Part shown: positions 28,288 through 37,172 of the stretch, piece by piece
Numbering within the stretch: position 1 is the stretch's first letter
Layout: each line of letters begins with the position of its first letter
Origin: an uncultured Nitrospinaceae bacterium
Lineage (GTDB): Bacteria; Desulfobacterota; Desulfobacteria; Desulfobacterales; UBA11574
Reading direction: 5' to 3'
Length of the DNA stretch: 54,992 nt
Assembly: GCA_964195835.1 (NCBI GenBank)
Contig: CAXMTB010000002.1
Coordinates: 1 to 54,992, forward strand
The notes under the pieces: generated by a model
Database searches by the model: none
What the model was told of the DNA's origin: nothing
What the model saw: the letters and a program-made list of their open reading frames with translations, nothing else
Translations under genes and position numbers: made by a program

Positions 28288-28491
28288 ATGAGGATAATGA
28301 TGAATATTGAAGTTGCAAATAATTGGCCATTAGTGTTGATTCCCTTGCCCAGGGAGAAGGCCCTGCAAAATGAATTCATAGCACCAATTTCCTCTCAAAA
28401 TCACACAAACGCCACAATTTTTAATAATGTGTCGGAGATAGAATCGAATGAGTTCTGGGCAAAGGGATCATTTATAGATATCTATATTTAA
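28288..28491 (+). CDS. small hypothetical protein on the opposite strand (uncertain)
   Basis: 67-aa ORF, the only plus-strand ORF in the 680-bp motE-like/fliK gap. GAGGA lies 5 nt before the third ATG (28300). No recognisable family. Could be spurious. Confidence 0.25.
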   Translation: MRIMMNIEVANNWPLVLIPLPREKALQNEFIAPISSQNHTNATIFNNVSEIESNEFWAKGSFIDIYI

Positions 28492-28518
28492 TGGCACCTT
28501 TTAATATATACGGTCCTT

Positions 28519-29088
28519 TTAGTCTTGATTGACAAGCCCTTCGCTTATTTTAGCGGCCTTCTCAATCTTTACAAACGAAAGTATTTTTCCGACATCATCT
28601 CCTTTCATTTTCGAAAGTAATCTTATCGCCAACTTTATGTCCAGTCTTTCAATCAGGTCTGCTGCATTCTGAGGCTTCATGGCTGAGTAAACCTTAATAA
28701 GATGTTTGAACTGCTGCTGCTCTGCCGCCGTTTTCTTGCTCTGTTCAGCTCTAATGTCATCCCTTATTTTTGTGAGCGTCGCTATTTTCTTGTTTATGTC
28801 ATCCTGAATGGCTAAAAGCTCACCCTTTTTTCTTGCTATTCGTTTTTCTTCTTTTTCAAATTCAGCTTTTTGTTGAATGAGAAATTTCAGATCAATTATC
28901 TCTTCTGCCTTTGCCTCGTTTTTTTCATTTTTTAATTCTGCTTTTTCAGCATCTTTTTTTTGTTCTGCAGCGAAGGCGTCGGCATTTCCAAACAATTGAG
29001 ACACGTCCGCCTGATACATAAAAACAGAACCCAGCCCTATCTTTACAATAATCAGCAAGGCCAATAGAATCTGTACTCGCGTCTTCAT
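28519..29088 (-). CDS. MotE-like / MgtE_N-domain flagellar protein
   Basis: 189 aa with an N-terminal TM or signal helix, a KE-rich coiled coil and a C-terminal MgtE_N-like segment (AADLIERLDIKLAIRLLSKMKGDDVGKILSFV). The ATG overlaps the fliJ stop (ATGA). Confidence 0.65.
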   Translation of the reverse strand: MKTRVQILLALLIIVKIGLGSVFMYQADVSQLFGNADAFAAEQKKDAEKAELKNEKNEAKAEEIIDLKFLIQQKAEFEKEEKRIARKKGELLAIQDDINKKIATLTKIRDDIRAEQSKKTAAEQQQFKHLIKVYSAMKPQNAADLIERLDIKLAIRLLSKMKGDDVGKILSFVKIEKAAKISEGLVNQD

Positions 29089-29528
29089 ACACTTCGACCC
29101 TTTCCGGTTATAACGATTTCATCTAATATTTTTTGTTCCTCTCTTCTCATGGTTTCCATGTATTTCTTATACTGTAAATCCTTTAGAGTTTCCAAAGTCT
29201 TTTTCTTTATGGATGCTATTTTCAATATCGCTTCTTTCACCATCACCTTTTCTTTTTCCTCATTGAGCTTAAGATGAGCATCTTTAAGATCGTAATCTAT
29301 TTTTTTCATAAAACTTTGAAATATTTGATACACGGGAACAGACATACCCTTTGTCTCTTCTTCACTGCATTCTTCTGATATTTCCGCTCTTTGGTCGACC
29401 AAACTAAGATGTTCTTTTTCCTTTTTCTGACATTCAATCCTGGCATTAAACACATCGATTTGAGCCCTTTTTCTCAGGTATTTTCTATAATCGAGTATCT
29501 TATTAAGCCGAAAAGAGTAAGACTTCAT
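29085..29528 (-). CDS. fliJ: flagellar export chaperone/stalk protein FliJ
   Basis: 147-aa all-helical protein directly after fliI. N-terminus FRLNKILDYRKYLRKRAQ is typical of FliJ. Confidence 0.8.
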   Translation of the reverse strand: MKSYSFRLNKILDYRKYLRKRAQIDVFNARIECQKKEKEHLSLVDQRAEISEECSEEETKGMSVPVYQIFQSFMKKIDYDLKDAHLKLNEEKEKVMVKEAILKIASIKKKTLETLKDLQYKKYMETMRREEQKILDEIVITGKGRSV

Positions 29529-29541
29529 CGTCCAACCTCTA

Positions 29542-30870
29542 TTATTCCGTCAACATTTCCTTCAAACGAACAATGCTTTCTTTAAAAGTTATACTCTGAT
29601 CAATATCTTGCTGAAGAAAAGAATTGATCTTATGGATCATCTTTTTAGCGAAATCTATCTGTGAATCGGTGCCGTCAATATAAGCCCCGATATTGATTAA
29701 ATCTTCCGCCTCTCTGTAGGTTGCAAGCACCTTGACAAGTTTTCTTGCCATATTCAAATGATCACCCTCAACAATATCATGCATCACCCTGCTAATACTG
29801 CTTAAAACGTCTATTGCAGGGTAGTGCCCTTTATGGGCAAGGTCCCGTGACAGAACAATGTGGCCATCCACGATGGAACGAACGGTATCTGCTATAGGTT
29901 CGTTCATATCATCTCCTTCAACCAACACCGTGTAGATTCCCGTAATACTACCCTTTGTTTCTACAGTTCCGGCCCTTTCCAAAAGCTTTGGTATTTGTAT
30001 AAAAACACTGGGCGTATAACCTTTTGCTGAAGGTGGTTCTCCGGCTGCCAAACCAACCTCTCTTAATGACATGGCAAATCGAGTGATTGAATCCATAATG
30101 AGGACGACATCCAACCCCTTGTCTCTGAAATATTCAGCTATGGTAGTCGCAAGGTGAGCGCCTCTTATCCTGACCAGAGCAGGAGAGTCTGATGTTGCTG
30201 CAACGACAACTGATTTTTTAAGTCCTTCTTCACCAAGATTTCTTTCAATAAATTCTCTAACTTCTCTTCCCCGCTCGCCAATAAGGGCAATTACTATGAC
30301 GTCAGCAACCGTGTGTCGAGCGATCATACCCATCAATATACTTTTCCCAACACCTGAACCCGCCATAATGGCAATCCGCTGACCTTTCCCCAAGGTATGC
30401 AAGGCATTTATAGAACGCACACCCACATCGACCACCTCATTGATAATCTTCCTTTTTAAAGGATTGATGACATTCCCATAGATTGGATAATCAACTTTTG
30501 CCTGTATTGCTCCTTTACCATCAATGGGGTGTCCAAGACCGTCTACAACCCTGCTTAAATATGCCTCTCCGACTTTAATTGTCGGGCTTTTATTTATATC
30601 GACAACCCGGCTTCCAGGTTCTATCCCACGCATTTCTCCAAAAGGCATCACAATAACCTTTTTATCGTTGAACCCAATGACTTCAGCTTGCATATTTTGG
30701 CCGCTGCTATTTTTTATGCAGCAAAGACTCCCGATGCTCATTCCCGGACCGTTCGCCTCTGCTACAATACCTGCAACTTTCACGATCTTGCCTTCCATTT
30801 TAATTGGCTGACATGATTGAAGTGCTTCTTGACATTTATCCCATTGGATTGTTGGTTTAAAATCCGTCAT
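29542..30870 (-). CDS. fliI: flagellum-specific ATPase FliI
   Basis: 442 aa. Walker A GSGVGKS, Walker B VVLIMDSITR, F1/T3SS ATPase core. No Shine-Dalgarno is visible upstream of the ATG (AAAAAATAAAAAATG). Confidence 0.95.
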   Translation of the reverse strand: MTDFKPTIQWDKCQEALQSCQPIKMEGKIVKVAGIVAEANGPGMSIGSLCCIKNSSGQNMQAEVIGFNDKKVIVMPFGEMRGIEPGSRVVDINKSPTIKVGEAYLSRVVDGLGHPIDGKGAIQAKVDYPIYGNVINPLKRKIINEVVDVGVRSINALHTLGKGQRIAIMAGSGVGKSILMGMIARHTVADVIVIALIGERGREVREFIERNLGEEGLKKSVVVAATSDSPALVRIRGAHLATTIAEYFRDKGLDVVLIMDSITRFAMSLREVGLAAGEPPSAKGYTPSVFIQIPKLLERAGTVETKGSITGIYTVLVEGDDMNEPIADTVRSIVDGHIVLSRDLAHKGHYPAIDVLSSISRVMHDIVEGDHLNMARKLVKVLATYREAEDLINIGAYIDGTDSQIDFAKKMIHKINSFLQQDIDQSITFKESIVRLKEMLTE

Positions 30871-30904
30871 TTTTTATTTTTTAACCCTATCGTTTTAGTA
30901 CCTT

Positions 30905-31140
30905 AATTGTTAATTTTGTGCATTTTATGACAAAAAATTATCTCAATTCATTGAGTGTGAAGTGCCTAAAGTGATCTAAAATGCCTATTTATCCCGTATT
31001 CATCGGGAAAGTTAAGGTATTCTGTCAATTTTATTTAATATAAATAGCCGGCTTCCGGCTCGTAGAGCCTACAGCTCGGAGAGAGCGTAGCGACTCAATG
31101 TTAAGCGTTTAGCAAACGAAACCCGTGCACACTCAAGCCT
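30905..31140. repeat. palindromic intergenic repeat, copy C (expanded)
   Basis: Shares with copy B the segments AATTTTGTGCATTTTATGACAAAAAATTATCT, GAGTGTGAAGTGCCTAAAGTGATCTAAAATGCCTA, GTCAATTTTATTTAATATAAATAGCCGG and AGCGTAGCGACTC. It carries extra GC hairpins: TCCCG-TATTCAT-CGGGA within 30991-31008 and AGCCGG-CTT-CCGGCT at 31046-31060. Fills almost the whole fliH-fliI gap. Confidence 0.75.
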
Positions 31141-31147
31141 TAAAATG

Positions 31148-31891
31148 TTACTCAAGAGATTCCTGTAAGCATTGATGAATATTTTCCAGCTTCGATTCTA
31201 TCGTCGCATCAATATTCCCGTAGGGAGTTTCTAAATAGCATCCCCCTCTTGATACGCCAGGATCGGAAGTAACAACGATCGATTTTAGCCCCTTGTTTTG
31301 ATTAAAAAGTTCCGGTCTCAATTTTTCTACATAATCGTAATCATCCGGATTAACATTAAAAACAACTTTACTCTTTTCAACCGCCAGTTTCAGTGCATCA
31401 AAAATGGCATTTTTTATTACAGACTCCTTTGATCTCACTTCGTGATGAACGATTTTTTCAACAACAGCAAATATCAGATCTATAATTTGCCTTTCATATT
31501 GTTTTAATACATCATGCTTGAGGCTTGCCATTTCATTGAAAAGATTTTCTATATTTTCTGAGACTTTTATGGCCTTCTTTTCTCCGAATTCAAATCCGTC
31601 TTTTTCTCCTTGGGCAAAACTCTTTTCATATGCTTCCTGTTCGATGGCGGAAATTTTTTCTTGCGTTCCCAATAAATCATTTTCGGTTCCTTCTTTCTTA
31701 CTGCCGGGATTTTCACAAGCTTCAAGGGGAACAAAATTTGATCTCTTTCTTTCTCCGATATCTAAAGATACAAAATCGTTTATTCTCCCTTGCTCTTGAA
31801 ACTCATAGGATTCGAAGGACTCCATTTCATATTTATGCCATGATTCTTCTTTGCCGGTTGACTTTCTTATATTTTTAGACAAAGACATCAT
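31148..31891 (-). CDS. fliH: flagellar export protein FliH
   Basis: About 247 aa with the FliH pattern (EQEAYEKSFAQGEKDGFEFGEKKA, C-terminal GGCYLETPYGNIDATIESKL). The track start at 31897 is GTG. ATGs at 31891 and 31888 follow AAGGGTGG. Exact start is ambiguous. Overlaps the fliG 3' end. Confidence 0.85.
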   Translation of the reverse strand: MMSLSKNIRKSTGKEESWHKYEMESFESYEFQEQGRINDFVSLDIGERKRSNFVPLEACENPGSKKEGTENDLLGTQEKISAIEQEAYEKSFAQGEKDGFEFGEKKAIKVSENIENLFNEMASLKHDVLKQYERQIIDLIFAVVEKIVHHEVRSKESVIKNAIFDALKLAVEKSKVVFNVNPDDYDYVEKLRPELFNQNKGLKSIVVTSDPGVSRGGCYLETPYGNIDATIESKLENIHQCLQESLE

Positions 31892-32882
31892 CGCCACCCT
31901 TAGACAGGACTATTCGTCCTTCTGATTCAAGCCTCTTTGCTACTTTAATTATCTCTTGCTGGGCTTCCTCAACCTCACTCAACTTAACCGGTCCCATGAC
32001 TTCCATATCTTCCTTGAGCATTTCTGAAGCTCTTTCTGACAAGTTACTGAAGACTTTATTTTTCATTTCGTCCGAGGTCGTCTTCAATGCCTTGATGAGC
32101 AACTGATTGTCCACATTTTGGAGAATATCTCTAAAATGTCTGTTTTCGATCTGAAGAAGATCTTCAAAAACAAACATCTTTTGTCTTACCATATCTGCCA
32201 AATCGCCGTCTTCATTTTCTATATGAGACAAAACCGATTCCTCTGTGATCCCATCGACCTGATTTAAGATATTTGCCAGAGTCTCTATCCCATCGCACTT
32301 TCTGGTAGCGCCTCCTATTTTTGAAAGCTCGTTTTTCATTACTTTATCAAGCTCCTTTACAATTTCAACATCAACCTGTCCTATTTGGACGATCCTTAAA
32401 GCTACGTCGATTTTGAGTCCTTCAGGTAAAGACTTAAGGACTTCGGCCGCCTTTTCATATGGCAGGTAAGACAAAATCAGCGCAACAGTTTGGGGATGCT
32501 CTCCCTGGATGATAGTGATTAAATTCTCGACAGGAATATAGGCAAGATCACTAAAAGGAACACTGCTGCCTTTTTCACCAATGACTTTAAAAACTTCCCT
32601 GGCACTCTCTTTATCCATAGATTTATTTATAACCTGTTTAAGAAAATCTTCCCCTGATACAACCATATTACTATCGCTTTTAAAGTTAATGAGGAACTCA
32701 TCCATTACCGTACTTAAGACATCGGAAGGAATATATGTGATTTCCGACATATATTTCCCGATTTTTTTTATGCTTGCTCCATCCAATTCTTTAAATAAAG
32801 CTGTGGAATATTCCTCTCCCATTGTCAGAAAAAGGATTGCAGCCTTCTGCGGTCCTGATAATTTATCGACGCTTAGTTTCAT
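31875..32882 (-). CDS. fliG: rotor/switch protein FliG
   Basis: 335 aa. LSGPQKAAILFLTMGEE, EHPQTVALILSYL, MFVFEDL and the C-terminal torque helix region. Confidence 0.95.
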   Translation of the reverse strand: MKLSVDKLSGPQKAAILFLTMGEEYSTALFKELDGASIKKIGKYMSEITYIPSDVLSTVMDEFLINFKSDSNMVVSGEDFLKQVINKSMDKESAREVFKVIGEKGSSVPFSDLAYIPVENLITIIQGEHPQTVALILSYLPYEKAAEVLKSLPEGLKIDVALRIVQIGQVDVEIVKELDKVMKNELSKIGGATRKCDGIETLANILNQVDGITEESVLSHIENEDGDLADMVRQKMFVFEDLLQIENRHFRDILQNVDNQLLIKALKTTSDEMKNKVFSNLSERASEMLKEDMEVMGPVKLSEVEEAQQEIIKVAKRLESEGRIVLSKGGDDVFV

Positions 32883-32890
32883 AATCGTTA

Positions 32891-34468
32891 TTATTCCTGT
32901 TCACCTATCCATCCTTTAATGAGCTGCTGAGCCTTTTCCGGATTATTTTGCGTTATTTCGTTAACTTGACTCTTCATGCCCAGACTTCTTGATCCCGGAA
33001 GCTGAGCATATTCGTCTGAAACTGCAGTCAGTTCCTCATTCATCAAAACAGCTTCTTTGGTTATCCCTTTCATGCTTTTGAGCAAAGGTTTTACGATGAA
33101 GAAAAAAACCATAGCAACCAGTAAAAGATTAACGATTGTTTTTCTATAGTCTTTCACGATCTGAAGGATTTGATCTAATTTACCGGGCGCAATTGGAACT
33201 TCATTATCCATTGAAGATGTCACTGAAAATGAAATTGAACTTACGGAAATCTGGTCCTCCCTGTCTTCATTATATCCCATGGCTTTTTTTACAATTTCTT
33301 CAAATTTCTTTAGCTCCTGTTCAGTTCTCGGGATATATTTTCTTTTTGTTGTCCCATCGTTTAACTTCTCAAACTCATAAATTCCGTCAATGACTGCTGC
33401 CACAGAAAGGCGTGTGATTGTCCCGGAGGATTTCAAGATTGTCCGGGTGATTTTATTGATCTCATAATTTGTAGCAACATCCTTTTTGATCCTTTCATTC
33501 TGAGTTTCCCCTGGAGATGGCATAACACCACGTCTTTGATTAATTAACGCTTGTTCCGTTTCGTCCCCTTTTTGACCCATATGAGAGTTTTCTTCAATAT
33601 TTCTTGAACTTCTTACAGATGTTGCTGTTGGGTCGTATTCCTCTTCATTTAAGGTAATCTTGTCAAAATCGATCTCGGCAGTTACTCGAACGATTGCATT
33701 ATCGATACCGACAATGCGTTCCAGCAGGGTTTGAACATTCTCTTTTGTCTGATCCTCAATCTTCTTTTTATAGTCTAACTGCGAACCGCTTAACTCAGAC
33801 GATGCACTGTCACCTGTCCCGCCCTTAAATATAAGCCTCCCTTTTGTATCCACTACCGTGACATGTTCGGGTTCTAGCCCTTCCACTGCATTAGCAATAA
33901 GGTGTACAATTGCAGCAAGCTTCGCAGGGGGCAAATTTACTTGAAGATCCAGTTGTATGGATGCAGATGCAGATTTTTTATCCTCGACAAAAAGTGATTC
34001 TTCGGGAATAACGATAAACACTCGGGAACTTTTTACTTCTTTGAACTGGTTGATGGTTCTGGACAGTTCGCCCTGAAGGGCTCTCCTATAATTGAGTTCC
34101 TGTACAAATTTTGTGGTTTTAAAATCTGTTTTATCGAATATTTCAAAGCCAACATTTCCTCCACTGGGAATGCCGTCTCCTGCCATGGAAAGACGCAACT
34201 CGTATACCTTTTCTTCGGGAACCAAAATTATCGTCCCGTTGGCTTCAACTTTGTAGGGAATATTTTTTTGTGTGAGTTCAGTAACAATAGCATTGGCGTC
34301 TCCTGAAGAAAGGTTGCTGAACAGAATCTGATAATTTTCTTGATTTGCCCAGAAAAACATAAAAAGAAAGCCCGTTATCACAAGAACAATTACAAAAATC
34401 ATACTGATCTTTTTAGAAAGGGGCAGTGAATTTATAAGTTTGAGAAATTGTCTAATTGGATCATTCAT
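32891..34468 (-). CDS. fliF: MS-ring protein FliF
   Basis: 525 aa with N- and C-terminal TM helices and the YscJ/FliF core (LFSNLSSGDANAIVTELTQKNIPYKV, RALQGELSRTI). Confidence 0.95.
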   Translation of the reverse strand: MNDPIRQFLKLINSLPLSKKISMIFVIVLVITGFLFMFFWANQENYQILFSNLSSGDANAIVTELTQKNIPYKVEANGTIILVPEEKVYELRLSMAGDGIPSGGNVGFEIFDKTDFKTTKFVQELNYRRALQGELSRTINQFKEVKSSRVFIVIPEESLFVEDKKSASASIQLDLQVNLPPAKLAAIVHLIANAVEGLEPEHVTVVDTKGRLIFKGGTGDSASSELSGSQLDYKKKIEDQTKENVQTLLERIVGIDNAIVRVTAEIDFDKITLNEEEYDPTATSVRSSRNIEENSHMGQKGDETEQALINQRRGVMPSPGETQNERIKKDVATNYEINKITRTILKSSGTITRLSVAAVIDGIYEFEKLNDGTTKRKYIPRTEQELKKFEEIVKKAMGYNEDREDQISVSSISFSVTSSMDNEVPIAPGKLDQILQIVKDYRKTIVNLLLVAMVFFFIVKPLLKSMKGITKEAVLMNEELTAVSDEYAQLPGSRSLGMKSQVNEITQNNPEKAQQLIKGWIGEQE

Positions 34469-34587
34469 CCCTATGGTTTCCTTACGACGTACCTTTTCTC
34501 ACCCATTGTTTTACCCTGAATTTCTTATAAAGAATTTCGGTAAATTTATAAACGAATCAAACACTTTTAAATACGTAGCAGCTTTTT

Positions 34588-34878
34588 CTAAAAACCCATA
34601 TGTATTATTTCTTTATAGGCTTCTACTGCTTTGTTTCTTATTGTAAGAAGCAATCGCATGGAAATATCAGTCTTTTGAAGATTTATCATTGTCTCGTGAA
34701 TGTCTTTTTTACCATTTAAAAGTTCCATTACCGACTTGTTTGATTCTCTTTCTTGTCCATTAACATTATCAATGGCACCCTTTATAATCTTGCCAAATCC
34801 TTCAGTAGGCTTCTTGTTTACATTATCTATTTTTTGCGCCATCGCCTGCTGAAAATCTCTAATTCTTATATCATTCAT
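34588..34878 (-). CDS. fliE: hook-basal body protein FliE
   Basis: 96 aa. The C-terminus IHETMINLQKTDISMRLLLTIRNKAVEAYKEIIHM is typical of FliE. GGGAG RBS. Confidence 0.9.
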   Translation of the reverse strand: MNDIRIRDFQQAMAQKIDNVNKKPTEGFGKIIKGAIDNVNGQERESNKSVMELLNGKKDIHETMINLQKTDISMRLLLTIRNKAVEAYKEIIHMGF

Positions 34879-34881
34879 GTC

Positions 34882-35307
34882 TTATCTCCCGATTTCAAGT
34901 GCTTTAATGGCCATTTGTCTCGTCGCTTTAATGGCCGCTATATTGGCTTCAAAGGCTCTTCGAGCCATCAGCATGTTTGTGGTTTCTACAATTAAATCAA
35001 CATTTGGTTTATATAGATATCCCTCGCTATCAGCATCAGGATGGCTCGGGTTATAGACTTTTTTAAACGGGGCTTGATCTTCGACGATGTCCTCAATTTG
35101 TACGCCCTTAACACTAGAGTTAAACATTTTATCAAAGTCTTGATCCATCTCCTTTGTTCTCATCACAACCATTTTTCTCCGATAAGGCCCCCCTTTTTCT
35201 GTACGCGTCGTCTCTATATTAGCAAGATTGCTTGCGATGATATCCATTCTTTTTCTCTGTACATAAAGACCAGAGGCGCTGGTTTCAAGAGATTTTAGAA
35301 AATTCAT
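34882..35307 (-). CDS. flgC: proximal rod protein FlgC
   Basis: 141 aa. SASGLYVQRKRMDIIASNLANIETTRT and C-terminal VDLIVETTNMLMARRAFEANIAAIK. Confidence 0.95.
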   Translation of the reverse strand: MNFLKSLETSASGLYVQRKRMDIIASNLANIETTRTEKGGPYRRKMVVMRTKEMDQDFDKMFNSSVKGVQIEDIVEDQAPFKKVYNPSHPDADSEGYLYKPNVDLIVETTNMLMARRAFEANIAAIKATRQMAIKALEIGR

Positions 35308-35308
35308 T

Positions 35309-35716
35309 TTATCGCCCTCCCTCTCTAATAACTTCTTTCAGCAAGTTCATTTTTCTTAAAAGTGCTTCAACAGCCGTCCTGTATACTAAATTATTTTCCG
35401 TCAGTTTGGTCATCTCACTGTCAATATTTGCCCAGTTATATCCATTCCATACCCCCTGTTCTTCATAAGGCTCTATCATTTGATCGCCATTCATCTGCAT
35501 GCTGATGTGTCCAGGATTTGTCCTCGCTAAATCCGTTTTATGATTCGTTTCAAGTGCTCTGTTCAATTCGCTTTTGAAATTTATATCTTTTGTTTTGTAT
35601 CCAGGAGTATCCAAATTGCTAATATTACTTGTTATAACAGCATTTCTCTGTTGAGCGATACTAATTGCTTTTTCAAGTGCATAAAATGTTTTTCCAAAGG
35701 ATAATTTGTCAGGCAT
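35309..35716 (-). CDS. flgB: proximal rod protein FlgB
   Basis: 135 aa. RNAVITSNISNLDTPGYKTKDINF and C-terminal EMTKLTENNLVYRTAVEALLRKM. Confidence 0.93.
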   Translation of the reverse strand: MPDKLSFGKTFYALEKAISIAQQRNAVITSNISNLDTPGYKTKDINFKSELNRALETNHKTDLARTNPGHISMQMNGDQMIEPYEEQGVWNGYNWANIDSEMTKLTENNLVYRTAVEALLRKMNLLKEVIREGGR

Positions 35717-35780
35717 GGTTTTTTCCTTTACACATCTGGGTTAATTTCCAACAATCTCGTAAATATAATAAATAAATATT

Positions 35781-35796
35781 AGCAATTTACATGCCT
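35781..35796 (-). promoter_or_regulatory. sigma54 promoter for flgB-flgC-fliE-fliF...
   Basis: The minus strand reads AGGCAT-GTAAA-TTGCT, about 65 nt upstream of the flgB ATG and just after the regulator stop codon. Confidence 0.65.
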
Positions 35797-35799
35797 TTT

Positions 35800-37143
35800 T
35801 TACTGTATTTCCATTTTTTTTCGATATTCGTTCATTTTATTTCTAAGTGTTCTTACACTTATTCCTAAGATTTCAGCCGCATGGGTTCTGTTTCCATCGG
35901 TGTGGTCCAGAGTATTCAAAATGACATTTTTTTCTATCTCTTTTAGAGAAACTGTTGTAGCAATCGGTTGTGTTACAAAGTTAGGCTGTCTATCTTTCTC
36001 GGTTAGAAAAAGGTCTTTATTGCTTATTAAATCCTCCTTACACATCAAGACTGCTCTCTCTACGATGTTTTCAAGTTCCCTAATATTACCCTTCCACGTC
36101 ATTTGCATAAGAGAGGCAATGGCCTCGTCTGTCAGCCCTTTGATAGATCTGTTGTCCCGCTCGCAGTATTTTTTGACAAAATGTTTTGCAAGCAGAGGAA
36201 TATCATCCTTTCTTTCTCTCAGTGGAGGTAAATGCAATGGTATTACATTCAGTCTATAATGAAGATCTTCTCTGAATTTTCCGTCCTTAATTTGTTTTTC
36301 AATATCACGGTTTGTGGTGGCAAGAAATCTTACATCAACAGGAACAGGATTCATTCCACCAATCCTGTCAATTTCTCTTTCCTGCAACACTCTTAAAAGC
36401 TTGGATTGAAGCTGATAATCCATTTCAGTAACCTCATCCAGAAGCAGGGTCCCGTGATTAGCCAGTTCAAATTTTCCTTTTTTTCTCGAGATTGCGCCCG
36501 TAAATGCGCCTTTTTCATGCCCAAACAATTCACTTTCAAGCAAGTTTTCCGGAAGAGCTGCACAATTAACAGCAACAAATGGCTCCTCTCTCCGGGAGCT
36601 GTGACGATGAATATACCTTGCGAAAAGCTCTTTTCCGGTTCCAGATTCTCCCTGTATAAAAATTGAAGCTTTGCTGTCAGCGACATCTTTTGCAATCTCC
36701 AAAAGTTTTTCCATTTTCTTATTCTGTGTGATTATTTTAAATCTTTTCCTTGACTCCTCTTTCCTTTTACCATTTGAACCATTGGCAACAAATGAATGAA
36801 TTAACTGCATCATTTTAGGCGTCAATGGTTTTAACAAAAAGTCTTCTGCTCCAAGCTTCATCGCCTCAACCGCCTCATTAACACAGGCTTCATCTGCTAT
36901 AAGGATTACAGGGAGTGTTGTTTTACATTCCTTTATTCGCTTTAAAAGGCTAATCCCATTGATTTGAGACAAATTCAGATCGCTTATGACAAGGTCATAG
37001 TGGTTTTTAATTATTTCTTCATAAGCCAACCGTCCGTTGGTCGCAGTTTTAACCTGGTAGCCTGATTCAAGAAATATCTTACATATCTGATGTGACTGAC
37101 TGTTAATGTCATTATCCGCCAGTAGTATTTTCTTCCTAGTCAT
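35800..37143 (-). CDS. sigma54-dependent response regulator (REC-AAA+-HTH; FlrC/FleR-like)
   Basis: 447 aa. Receiver (LLADND, LVISDLNL, DFLLKP), Walker A GESGTGKE, GAFTGA loop ([10 protein letters not shown]) and a Fis-type HTH (GNRTHAAEILGISVRTLRNKM). Confidence 0.9.
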   Translation of the reverse strand: MTRKKILLADNDINSQSHQICKIFLESGYQVKTATNGRLAYEEIIKNHYDLVISDLNLSQINGISLLKRIKECKTTLPVILIADEACVNEAVEAMKLGAEDFLLKPLTPKMMQLIHSFVANGSNGKRKEESRKRFKIITQNKKMEKLLEIAKDVADSKASIFIQGESGTGKELFARYIHRHSSRREEPFVAVNCAALPENLLESELFGHEKGAFTGAISRKKGKFELANHGTLLLDEVTEMDYQLQSKLLRVLQEREIDRIGGMNPVPVDVRFLATTNRDIEKQIKDGKFREDLHYRLNVIPLHLPPLRERKDDIPLLAKHFVKKYCERDNRSIKGLTDEAIASLMQMTWKGNIRELENIVERAVLMCKEDLISNKDLFLTEKDRQPNFVTQPIATTVSLKEIEKNVILNTLDHTDGNRTHAAEILGISVRTLRNKMNEYRKKMEIQ

Positions 37144-37172
37144 CTTTAAATACTGTCTCCTAATTCATGAAA

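Noticed and set aside
30887-30913. Sigma28-like TTAACAAT-N11-AACGATAG on the minus strand just upstream of fliI
   Set aside because: The -35 is poor, and the predicted TSS would leave a roughly 10-nt leader. A late-class promoter in front of an export-ATPase gene is biologically unexpected. It is mentioned only as a testable option under the fliH/fliI finding.
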